Numbered from the stretch's first letter, positions 8,579 through 17,109 are shown. The stretch: 20,081 nucleotides of DNA from Elainellaceae cyanobacterium (GCA_051117555.1 JBNPEG010000133.1:1-20081); one strand, 5' to 3'. The notes: generated by a model not told the origin, from the sequence alone. Numbers and translations: made by a program.

Positions 8579-10015
8579 ATGGTGCTAAACACTCAGGTCA
8601 ATGCATCCTTAGGAACAACTCCACAGACAAGGCATCTCGATAGATGGCGCAATAGAAATCTCTATTACTACAAAGACATTGAGAGGTTTCACCGCTTTTT
8701 GTTACGTCCAGGAGCGCGGGTTCTCGAAGTTGGGTCAGGACTAGGTTATTTGCTCGATGCTGTCAGTCCATCTTATGGGGTGGGTATTGATATCAATCCT
8801 GCTGCTATAGATTATGCACAGAAGAGATTTCCTGATCTCAAGTTCTTGTTGGATGATGCTCATGATTTCACCTTATACCAAACTTTTGACTATATACTTT
8901 TGGCAAATTCTGTTAGTTATTTTGAAAATATTCAAAAGACTCTAGACAATATTTGCCACGTCTGCAACCCTTCGACGCGCTTGGTTTTCACGTTTCATAA
9001 TCCCGCTTGGGAGCCAATTCTTACATTCGCAACTCGGATTGGGCAACGAATGCCTTTACCTCCATTGAATTGGTTAAGTCTTAGAGATATAGAAAATCTG
9101 CTTGATTTAGCAAACTATGAAATTGTCGCTCATTATAAACGGATCTTGTTACCTAAGCACGTGCCTTTTTTATCGTGGTTTTGCAATTCAATCATTGCTC
9201 CACTGCCTTTAATTAACCAAATGTGTTTGGCTGAATTTGTTGTAGCACGAGTTCGTCCAATCACGGTGCCGGTTAGTCAACCGATATCTCATGACTTAAC
9301 GTGTTCTGTGATTATTCCGGCTCGTAATGAGGCAGGCAATATCGAGAACTGTATTAGAAGATTGCCGCGATTGGGAAAACATACCGAAATCATTTTTGTA
9401 GAGGGAAACTCTTCTGACAACACTTGGGATGAAATTTGCCGTGTTCAGCTAAAGTATGGTAATCAATTTGACATAAAGGCGTATCAACAAACAGGTAAAG
9501 GTAAAGGCGACGCAGTTCGGTTGGGATTCAAAGAAGCAAGCGGAGACATACTTGTCATACTGGATTCTGATTTGACAGTTCAACCAGAGGACTTGATTCA
9601 TTTCTTTAATGCAATTGCCTCAGGCAAGTGTGAGTTGGCAAACGGATGTAGACTTATTTATCCAATCAATCCTTCGACAATGCCTGTGTTAAATCAAATG
9701 GCAAACCGCTTCTTTGCTTGGTTGTTATCTTATTTGCTCAACACAAAAATCAAGGATTCGCTTTGCGGTACAAAAGCAATCTCTAAATCTAACTACGAAA
9801 GAATGTCGGCTAATCGTGCATATTTTGGGGATTTTGATCCGTTTGGAGACTTTGACTTGCTTTTTGGAGCGGCGAAGTTAGGTTTGAAAATTCAAGATAT
9901 TCCTGTCCGCTATGTGCCTAGAACTTATGGTGAATCCAACATTCGTCATGTCAAAGAAGGGTTCGTTTTGCTTAGGATGTGCATGCATGCGGCGCGGAAA
10001 ATGAAGTTTATCTAA
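8579..10015 (+). CDS. SAM methyltransferase - GT2 (polyprenol-phosphate glycosyltransferase-like) fusion
   Basis: N-terminal VLEVGSGLG...GIDIN; C-terminal SVIIPARNE, GKGKGDAV, ILDSDL (DxD), DSLCGTKA, R.YGES. ATG 8579 follows GAGGA; GTG 8567 is an alternative start. Confidence 0.88.
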   Translation: MVLNTQVNASLGTTPQTRHLDRWRNRNLYYYKDIERFHRFLLRPGARVLEVGSGLGYLLDAVSPSYGVGIDINPAAIDYAQKRFPDLKFLLDDAHDFTLYQTFDYILLANSVSYFENIQKTLDNICHVCNPSTRLVFTFHNPAWEPILTFATRIGQRMPLPPLNWLSLRDIENLLDLANYEIVAHYKRILLPKHVPFLSWFCNSIIAPLPLINQMCLAEFVVARVRPITVPVSQPISHDLTCSVIIPARNEAGNIENCIRRLPRLGKHTEIIFVEGNSSDNTWDEICRVQLKYGNQFDIKAYQQTGKGKGDAVRLGFKEASGDILVILDSDLTVQPEDLIHFFNAIASGKCELANGCRLIYPINPSTMPVLNQMANRFFAWLLSYLLNTKIKDSLCGTKAISKSNYERMSANRAYFGDFDPFGDFDLLFGAAKLGLKIQDIPVRYVPRTYGESNIRHVKEGFVLLRMCMHAARKMKFI

Positions 10016-10065
10016 ATTTAGAAAGTGTAGTAATTATTGGGAATTTTCAGAAGATATAGGCCAAT

Positions 10066-11796
10066 ATGCAATGGAGAATTATCTCAAAAACTCTGAATTA
10101 CCGACTTGAAATCAGTTTATCTCTATTGGTTTTGGTTCCCTTCTTTGGAATTTTAGGGTTAATTACACTATTTGGAGTTAACGTTCCTGTCAATGATGAA
10201 TGGTTAATCTTGAATGTTACCGAAAAAATTCACAACGGAACTTTGACGATTTCTGACCTATTCGCTCAACATCATGAGCACCGACTGGTATTTCCCAAAC
10301 TAATTTTTGCCGCTCTTGCGTTTGCGACGAGTTGGAATGTCAAGGCAGAAATGTATTTGAGTGCTTGCCTTGCTCTAGTAAGTGTCGCACTAACTGTTTA
10401 TCTTTCTCGATTCAGCAGCACCGATAAGAATTCGCTATATCTCATCACAATCTTGAATGCATGGTTAATCTTTGCATTTGCTCAATATGCAAATTGGTTG
10501 TGGGGGTTCCAGTTTCCTTGGTTTCTTGTTAATGCCTGTTTTATCGGAGCAATCTGCATTGTTGTCCTATCGCGTGACTCTCCAAATCAGTTCTATTGGG
10601 CTGCTATTCCGTGTTTTGTTGCGAGCTTTTCGATTGCCCATGGTTTATTTACGTGGCCTGCTCTGTTTCCGAGTATTGTTGCGCTTAAAGGTAATAACCG
10701 ACAAAGGCTTATTCGCTGTGCAATATGGGGAGTTTTGTTTTTAGGAACGTTAGCTATCTATCTCATCGATTTTCAGGGAACCGGAGATTTTGAAAATCTT
10801 CCAAGTCCGGCGTATGTGTTTGAGAAACCAATCAAGACATTCCAGTATTTTTTTAATCTCATCGGGAGCCCGTTGACGGGTTTTCCTGCGACTAAGCTAT
10901 TGCCCTTTATCGGACTGGCTGCCTGTCTAAGCTTTTTGTATCTGGCAGTGCGCTCAATACGGCTGACTCGATCTGGGCTCAATATCTCTGAACGGGCTGC
11001 GCCGTGGATTTCAATCGGCCTGTTTGCTCTTTTGTTTGCAGGAGTCACTACCATTGGGCGTGCGGGCTTAGGGGCTGATCAGGCTGTTGCACCTCGGTAT
11101 GTCACTCCGACGGTGTTGTTACTGGTGTCGATTATTAATCTATGGCGTCTCCATTTTTCTTATAGAAGTCTTCTTTTAATTACCGGTATTTTCGCTATTT
11201 TTCTGATCAATAGCACGAATCGATCCTTACCTTGGATTCAAAAATGGAATTCTAAACGCCTATTCGAGAAAGAATGTTTAGAACTAGTTTATATCGTTGA
11301 TGCTGTGGAATTTTGTCCGACATCTATTCCGCCTTATATTGAAAATTTAGCTGATGGATTGGAGAATCTTGGTTTTAGAGATTTCCCCGAACGAGCAAAA
11401 TTTTTTCCTCATCCTGAAGAGAGATATGGTCAGTTTAAGGTTAAAAAATTTACGGACGGAGACGAGCAAATAACTCTCTCTAGATATGAAGAATTACAAC
11501 TATCTGGCTGGTCAATATTACCTGAAAGTAGAAATATCCCGAGTCTAGTTCTGATTACATTTAAGTCCGAATTGAATCCAGAATTTTTTGCTGTTGCAAG
11601 CATCGATAAACCGAGTCCTGGAGCTGTAAAGGCATATGATTCGGAACGCTATTCTAAGGCTGGATGGCGAACTACGATTTCGCTAAATGCTTTACCAACG
11701 GGCAAAACCGTGATTCGAGCGTGGGTTTATGACCCGGATCTTAGGGGGTTTGTCGGATTAAATGGAAAACTAAAACTGAATGTTTTAAATGAATAG
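10066..11796 (+). CDS. Polytopic membrane protein, probable GT-C glycosyltransferase with C-terminal extracytoplasmic beta-sandwich domain
   Basis: TM1 then VPVNDEW and AQHHEHRLVFP loop, ~11-12 TM segments, late RY motif, and a soluble tail with LSGWS...AGW...IRAWVYD. Confidence 0.6.
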   Translation: MQWRIISKTLNYRLEISLSLLVLVPFFGILGLITLFGVNVPVNDEWLILNVTEKIHNGTLTISDLFAQHHEHRLVFPKLIFAALAFATSWNVKAEMYLSACLALVSVALTVYLSRFSSTDKNSLYLITILNAWLIFAFAQYANWLWGFQFPWFLVNACFIGAICIVVLSRDSPNQFYWAAIPCFVASFSIAHGLFTWPALFPSIVALKGNNRQRLIRCAIWGVLFLGTLAIYLIDFQGTGDFENLPSPAYVFEKPIKTFQYFFNLIGSPLTGFPATKLLPFIGLAACLSFLYLAVRSIRLTRSGLNISERAAPWISIGLFALLFAGVTTIGRAGLGADQAVAPRYVTPTVLLLVSIINLWRLHFSYRSLLLITGIFAIFLINSTNRSLPWIQKWNSKRLFEKECLELVYIVDAVEFCPTSIPPYIENLADGLENLGFRDFPERAKFFPHPEERYGQFKVKKFTDGDEQITLSRYEELQLSGWSILPESRNIPSLVLITFKSELNPEFFAVASIDKPSPGAVKAYDSERYSKAGWRTTISLNALPTGKTVIRAWVYDPDLRGFVGLNGKLKLNVLNE

Positions 11797-11806
11797 AAAT
11801 GAATAG
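11787..11806. repeat. 10-bp tandem duplication spanning a stop codon
   Basis: AAATGAATAG x2; the first copy contains the TAG of the 576-aa ORF. Confidence 0.8.
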
Positions 11807-11844
11807 GGTGTATTAATTAGGTTTGATGAAAGATTAATGGGTTT

Positions 11845-11860
11845 TGTAAAACTGCTTACA
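11845..11860. promoter_or_regulatory. Candidate NtcA box
   Basis: TGTA-AAACTGCT-TACA matches TGTA-N8-TACA; intergenic, ~290 nt upstream of the GT2 operon. Confidence 0.4.
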
Positions 11861-12148
11861 TTAATAATGATGCAGCAGCTATCAAATTCCCTTCAGTCTG
11901 AATCACACATTGGCGATCGCTCAATGATAAATTAAACGCCATTTAATCTTTAAAATCATTGATAATTTAGAACTACTATCCCCCACCCAGATCTCGTACT
12001 ATACTGACAGCAAATTTAATTTATTCCGAATTTTGTTGAGCGAATGTAGCGTATTTCGCAGTGACCTGTTGAATGGAGAGCGCATCCAGCTCACGCATGA
12101 TGGCTGAGGATTGCCAGGATTAAAGCTGTTAGTGGTCAGGGAGGAGTG

Positions 12149-12922
12149 ATGAAAATTTCGGTAGTAATCCCCGCTCACAATGAGGAAGGATCATTGTGGG
12201 AAACAGTTGAGACTATTGTTCATACTCTCGACGGAGAAAATATCCGACATGAAGTTCTCATTGTGAATGACAACAGTCGAGATCGAACTGAACAAATTTG
12301 TCAGGCATTGTCTCAGCAATTTAATAGTGTTCGATTTGTCAATAATCGGCCTCCTAATGGGTTTGGCTTTGCGATTCGTCGAGGCTTAGCCGAATTTAGC
12401 GGAGATGCGATCGCCATCATGATGGCAGATGCATCGGACGACCCTAGAGATTTGGTAACGGGGTATTACAAACTGATTGAAGGATATGATTGCGTTTTTG
12501 GTTCTCGCTTCATGAAGGGCGGAAAAGTCATAGACTATCCGGTTCATAAGCTCATGATTAATCGATTAGCCAATTGGTTTGTCAAAGTCATTTTTGGCTT
12601 GCGATATAACGACGTGACCAACGCATTCAAAATTTATCGCCGAGACGTCATTCAAGGCGTTCAACCGATTCTCAGCCACCATTTCAATCTCACGGTAGAG
12701 CTGCCTCTCAAGGCCATCATTCGCGGGTTTTCGCATACCGTAATTCCGATGCGTTGGTATAACCGTAAAACTGGAATCTCAAAGCTCAAGATTAAAGAAA
12801 TGGGGAGCCGATATCTGTTTATCGTTCTCTATGTTTGGCTTGAAAAGCACTTGTCTAGAGGGGACTATCATCGTAACAAACTCATTAGTCATCCCGTTGT
12901 CGAGCTAAAGTCTGATGCCTGA
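12149..12922 (+). CDS. GT2 glycosyltransferase, DPM1/GtrB-like (polyprenol-phosphate sugar synthase)
   Basis: SVVIPAHNEE, VNDNSRD, GFGFAIRRG, MMADASD, VFGSRF, DVTNAFK.YRR, R..G.SK; strong GGAGGAG RBS. Confidence 0.88.
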   Translation: MKISVVIPAHNEEGSLWETVETIVHTLDGENIRHEVLIVNDNSRDRTEQICQALSQQFNSVRFVNNRPPNGFGFAIRRGLAEFSGDAIAIMMADASDDPRDLVTGYYKLIEGYDCVFGSRFMKGGKVIDYPVHKLMINRLANWFVKVIFGLRYNDVTNAFKIYRRDVIQGVQPILSHHFNLTVELPLKAIIRGFSHTVIPMRWYNRKTGISKLKIKEMGSRYLFIVLYVWLEKHLSRGDYHRNKLISHPVVELKSDA

Positions 12923-13982
12923 GCGACTATTAGTGTTGGGTGGAGCTGGCTTTATCGGGAGTTCGTTAGCCATCGGTCTGAAGACGCTTCATCCAGAGTG
13001 GGATATTTTTTGTTTAGATAATCTTCGCCGTCGCGGGTCAGAATTGAATTTGCCCCGATTCAAATCTCACGGGATTCATTTTGTACACGGAGACATTCGT
13101 TCCTCGTCTGATTTAGATCCGCAGGCGTTGGATGTCACCACCCTCTTAGATTGCTCGGCTGAGCCCTCTGTTTTGGCAGGCTTTTCGTCTCCTCACTATG
13201 TTCTCCAGACCAATCTCGTTGGAACGATTAATGCACTTGAGTTGGCGCGGCAAGTTGGAGCGAGGTTTTTATTTCTGTCAACGAGCCGGGTGTATCCCAT
13301 TCCAGCCTTAACGTCTTTAGCATTGACGGAATCTGCAACCCGGTTTGAAATTTCGCCCCATCAAACCCATAGCGGAATTTCTCAAAACGGTATATCAGAG
13401 GCGTTTCCTCTAAGCGGACATCGGTCACTCTATGGAGCGACTAAGCTGGCATCTGAACTTTTGATCGAAGAATATCAAGCTGCCTATGGCATGCCTGCTC
13501 TGATCAATCGATGCGGCGTCATTACCGGACCGTGGCAAATGGGCAAGGTTGATCAAGGCGTATTTGTGTTGTGGGTTGCTGCCCACTATTTCAATAAGCC
13601 GCTCCGCTACATTGGCTACAACGGCACCGGCAAACAAGTTAGAGACTTACTCCACGTGGATGATCTGCTGCGATTGATTGACTATCAACTCCATCATTTC
13701 GATGAATTGAGCGGACATATATTCAATGTGGGGGGAGGTGTGAGCAATAGCGTATCGCTGCTTGAAACCACTCATCTCTGTCAACAGCTTACGGGTAAAT
13801 CTGTCGCAATCACCCCGGATGCAACGGAACGCCCGGGTGATGTGCCAGTATTCATCACGGATTCGTCTAGGGTGATGGAAAAAACGGGGTGGGCGCCAAA
13901 ACTGAGCCCTAAGCAGACACTCAGCGATATTTTTCAGTGGATTTGTGATCACGAAACGTCTTTAAAAGCGATTCTAGGGTGA
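12915..13982 (+). CDS. NAD-dependent epimerase/dehydratase (extended SDR, CDP-paratose 2-epimerase-like), copy 1
   Basis: GGAGFIG, DNL.RRGS..NL, STSRVY, YGATK, G.GKQVRDLLH..DL, RPGD; 8-nt overlap with the upstream GT2 suggests translational coupling. Confidence 0.88.
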   Translation: MPERLLVLGGAGFIGSSLAIGLKTLHPEWDIFCLDNLRRRGSELNLPRFKSHGIHFVHGDIRSSSDLDPQALDVTTLLDCSAEPSVLAGFSSPHYVLQTNLVGTINALELARQVGARFLFLSTSRVYPIPALTSLALTESATRFEISPHQTHSGISQNGISEAFPLSGHRSLYGATKLASELLIEEYQAAYGMPALINRCGVITGPWQMGKVDQGVFVLWVAAHYFNKPLRYIGYNGTGKQVRDLLHVDDLLRLIDYQLHHFDELSGHIFNVGGGVSNSVSLLETTHLCQQLTGKSVAITPDATERPGDVPVFITDSSRVMEKTGWAPKLSPKQTLSDIFQWICDHETSLKAILG

Positions 13983-14045
13983 TAAACCTGCCTCATAGCG
14001 AATAGCAAGGGTCTGATTATTCTGATTAGGTGAGTGAGGAGTGCT

Positions 14046-15110
14046 ATGTCTACTGTTGTCATTACAGGTTCAGCCGGGCTGATCGGGTCAGAGGCCGTTC
14101 GGTTTTTTGCCGATCGCGGCTTCACAATTGTGGGCATTGATAATGACATGCGCGCGTTTTTCTTCGGTGATTCAGCCTCGACGAGTTGGAATCGGAACCT
14201 GCTCAACGAAAAATATGGCGATCGCTACCAACACTACGACATAGACATCCGCGATCGCCCCAGCATTGAAAATCTCTTTGACGAATACGGGTCTGATATT
14301 GCTCTGATTATTCACACCGCTGCTCAACCGTCACATGATTGGGCAGCGCAAGATCCGCACGTTGATTTTTCAGTGAATGCGAATGGGACTCTGACTTTAT
14401 TGGAAGCGGCTCGGCACTATTGCCCGGACGCGGTGTTTATTTTTACCTCGACTAACAAGGTTTATGGAGATACGCCCAATGTTTTACCGCTTCAGGAATT
14501 AGAAACTCGATGGGAAATTGAGCCAAGTCATGCCTTTTCAAAGGGTATTGATGAGTCAATGTCGATTGATTGTTCCAAGCATTCTTTATTTGGGGCCTCT
14601 AAAGTAGCAGCCGATATTTTAGTGCAAGAATATGGCAGATATTTTGAAATGAAAACGGCTAGCTTTAGAGGCGGCTGTTTAACAGGCCCGCTGCATTCAG
14701 GGGCAAAGCTTCATGGTTTTTTAGCGTATCTGATGAAATGCACCATTACGGGAGATTCGTACACCATATTTGGTTATAAAGGAAAACAAGTTCGAGATAA
14801 CATCCATAGTTTTGATCTCGTCAATGCGTTTTATCATTTCTATCAAAATCCTCGCTGCGGTGAAGTCTATAACATTGGCGGATCTCGTCATAGCAATTGC
14901 TCGATGCTAGAGGCGATCGCCCTGTGCGAAAATATTGTAGATAAGACCCTTCACTATGAATACACTAACGAAAATCGATCGGGCGATCACATTTGGTATA
15001 TCTCCGATGTAAGTAAATTCCAAACGCACTTTCCAGATTGGCACTATCAATATGATTTGCGCAATACGATGGAGGAAATGTATCTGGCGCAAGTCAACCG
15101 ATTCAAATAG
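14046..15110 (+). CDS. NAD-dependent epimerase/dehydratase (extended SDR, CDP-paratose 2-epimerase-like), copy 2, FxxxK variant
   Basis: [46 protein letters not shown] 14046 follows GAGGAG. Confidence 0.88.
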   Translation: MSTVVITGSAGLIGSEAVRFFADRGFTIVGIDNDMRAFFFGDSASTSWNRNLLNEKYGDRYQHYDIDIRDRPSIENLFDEYGSDIALIIHTAAQPSHDWAAQDPHVDFSVNANGTLTLLEAARHYCPDAVFIFTSTNKVYGDTPNVLPLQELETRWEIEPSHAFSKGIDESMSIDCSKHSLFGASKVAADILVQEYGRYFEMKTASFRGGCLTGPLHSGAKLHGFLAYLMKCTITGDSYTIFGYKGKQVRDNIHSFDLVNAFYHFYQNPRCGEVYNIGGSRHSNCSMLEAIALCENIVDKTLHYEYTNENRSGDHIWYISDVSKFQTHFPDWHYQYDLRNTMEEMYLAQVNRFK

Positions 15111-15140
15111 ATAGTATTAGGCTGAAAGCTATCCAATTCT

Positions 15141-15809
15141 TCATTTCGTCGCTTTAACGAACATTTGTCCTCCCAAAAATTTCCATAAAATCGGGAACTT
15201 TAAATATATTTCAAGCAGCACTGGAGCAGTAGGTCTATTCTTCGTTGAAAACGGCAAAAATCTGGGAATCATCACCTCAATTGAAAACCCAATCGTGCGC
15301 AGGGCTTCTTCAAGGGAAACGTGGGTGATAGGAAGCGTATGATCAATAAAATCATAGTATTCCCTAAACGAATACTTGAAATTGGGTTGAATAACAATCA
15401 GTGATCCGCCAGGGCAAAGACGCTCAAAGCAAAAGCCCAAAATTTGAATTAATTCTTCTTTACTGGACAGGTGTTCAAAGAAATTTGAAATGAATATTCT
15501 ATCGAAATAATTATGTGGAAGACTATCACCAACATCTTCGTTTAAGACATTGACATTAAGGACATTGACATCAGAATCTGCAAAGTTTTGAGAATCTGGG
15601 TTTAAGTCGACCAGATATTTTTCTCTAGCTCGGATCTGATTGATGAATTCGCAATATCCTCCGCCAATATCTAGCACGATTGAATCTTTGCCTATGTGAG
15701 GCTGAAGAAAATCTTTAATCAAGATTTTCCATAGCTGAAGCTTTGCATGTCTCTCTTTGTAATTAAACCGATTTGCGTAAAGCTTTTCGAGATAAATGTC
15801 TGTTTTCAT
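15141..15809 (-). CDS. Class I SAM-dependent methyltransferase
   Basis: VLDIGGGYCEF, VDLN, FDRIFISNFFEHL, LCPGGSLIVIQPN; convergent with the SDR pair. Confidence 0.86.
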   Translation of the reverse strand: MKTDIYLEKLYANRFNYKERHAKLQLWKILIKDFLQPHIGKDSIVLDIGGGYCEFINQIRAREKYLVDLNPDSQNFADSDVNVLNVNVLNEDVGDSLPHNYFDRIFISNFFEHLSSKEELIQILGFCFERLCPGGSLIVIQPNFKYSFREYYDFIDHTLPITHVSLEEALRTIGFSIEVMIPRFLPFSTKNRPTAPVLLEIYLKFPILWKFLGGQMFVKATK

Positions 15810-16105
15810 AATCCCAAAACTCTGCTTGCTGCCTATAAAACTGTATGCTCGATGCGTGCGATCGCCTGAATTGCATCCTTCAAATTTCTACCTAGCCAGT
15901 ACAGGCTTATCGTGTCCTTAAAGAAATTCTGAATTACGCGCGTTCATGAGTTATCGAGTCCAAATTTTGCGGTAACTTGTACGGATAGTGAATTCGATAC
16001 CCATGCTTTTCCACAATCGTCCTGATAGTCAGAGCCATTGTGGGATCAATGAACTGAATTCTACAGACTAATCCCCCTTCTCCGCTAACCGAAACGAGGA
16101 CATGT

Positions 16106-16495
16106 ATGACGTTTGAATATCCCGAAGATTTAAAATACTTAGATTCTCACGAGTATGCTCGGCTCGATGGCGAAATTGCGACAATTGGCATTACTGCGTT
16201 TGCGGTTGACCAACTGGGTGACATCGTGTTTTTAGAACTCCCTGATGTAAGCGATGCCTTAAAGAAGGGTGAAACCTTTGGTACGGTTGAATCGGTCAAA
16301 GCTGTAGAAGATTTAGTTGCTCCTATCTCAGGAACTGTTATAGAACGCAATGAGCAACTGATTGAGTCACCCGAACAGCTTGCTGATGACCCCTATGGAG
16401 AGGCGTGGATGCTCAAGCTTCGTATTGATGACGAAGACGAACTCGATGATGCGCTCTCTGCCAATGAATATCGTGCCCAAGTCGAGGGTGATTAG
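16106..16495 (+). CDS. gcvH: Glycine cleavage system H protein
   Basis: Y..SHEY, IGITAFA..QLGDIVF, lipoyl motif ESVKA, DPYGE.W; GAGGA RBS. Confidence 0.98.
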   Translation: MTFEYPEDLKYLDSHEYARLDGEIATIGITAFAVDQLGDIVFLELPDVSDALKKGETFGTVESVKAVEDLVAPISGTVIERNEQLIESPEQLADDPYGEAWMLKLRIDDEDELDDALSANEYRAQVEGD

Positions 16496-16530
16496 TGAAG
16501 CATTAGGCGAGTGGATCAGTAAAAGGGGGC

Positions 16531-16656
16531 GGCGGTTATAGACGCTTGCGGCTTCTCGACGAGTAAACCGCGACTACACAAATAAGATGCGCATTCACGG
16601 ACGCAGACGCAGACTCCAGCAAAACCAAAGGTCTTGGAACCTGCCTCCGCAGGTTC
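16531..16656. repeat. Interrupted REP-like hairpin repeat
   Basis: GCGGTT...AACCGC inverted pair (16532-16571) followed by GACTACACAAA, and a perfect 8-bp hairpin GAACCTGC-CTCC-GCAGGTTC (16637-16656). Resembles, from memory, a common cyanobacterial intergenic repeat. Confidence 0.5.
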
Positions 16657-16670
16657 GAGCAGTCAGCCTA

Positions 16671-16799
16671 TGCTGACTTTTTTGTACATATAGGCGCGGC
16701 TAACTCTTCGGCATTCAAGAAACGCGTAGCGTCTCCGTCAGGAGAAACAGCCGTCAGCGTTCAGAGTTTTGTCAGTCAACCCGGTTTCGTTGCTGACTT
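16671..16799. mobile_element. Candidate ~120-bp miniature element with a nested 25-bp insert
   Basis: 9-bp direct repeat TGCTGACTT at 16671 and 16791; CTGAC/GTCAG inverted ends; inner AGAAAC duplication at 16718 and 16743. Confidence 0.45.
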
Positions 16800-16946
16800 G
16801 TTTTGCGATCGCCCCTGAGTCTGTGCGAGATTTTTCTCAAAATAGGAAACGATTTCGAAGGAAATTTTCAATAGATTGTTGCAAAATTTAAAAAGGGAAA
16901 CTTTAAGCAATTTTAATCGGATCTTAATTAGCCCATTTCTATTGCA

Positions 16947-17035
16947 TATAGCAATCCCAGATGGGGTGTTGAGTTATGGGGCGGCGCTGTCCCACCGCTC
17001 ACACACAATTCACAAGCGATTTAGGATCACTTATA
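16947..17035. mobile_element. ~85-90-bp MITE-like element, copy 2 (inverted relative to copy 1)
   Basis: TATAGCAATCCCAGATGG...CTCACACACAATTCACAAGCGATTTAGGATCACTTATA matches the reverse complement of 14-98. Confidence 0.8.
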
Positions 17036-17061
17036 GATCTACTGCATATAGATCTACTGCA
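17032..17061. repeat. 15-bp perfect tandem duplication at the MITE end
   Basis: TATAGATCTACTGCA x2, plus a degenerate partial third unit. Confidence 0.9.
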
Positions 17062-17109
17062 TAGATTTACTTCATTTCATCCGTTGGTGCTATTACTTGC
17101 ATATCCGCC

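Noticed and set aside
12915..15110. Assigning gene symbol rfbE/tyv
   Set aside because: Family resemblance only; upstream CDP-dideoxyhexose genes are absent from the window and copy 2 lacks the catalytic Tyr.
14..17035. Composite transposon or invertible segment bounded by the inverted MITE copies
   Set aside because: The copies are diverged, enclose essential housekeeping genes, and no recombinase or transposase is present; chance placement of an abundant repeat is likelier.
16876..17064. 62-aa ORF in frame with gcvP
   Set aside because: Reads through the MITE and the 15-bp duplication (YRSTAYRSTA), starts at TTG, and is separated from gcvP by a TAG; probably spurious.
16496..17109. Glycine riboswitch upstream of gcvP
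   Set aside because: No GGAGA...CCGAAG...CTCTCAGG aptamer core was found; the hairpins are better explained as repeats.
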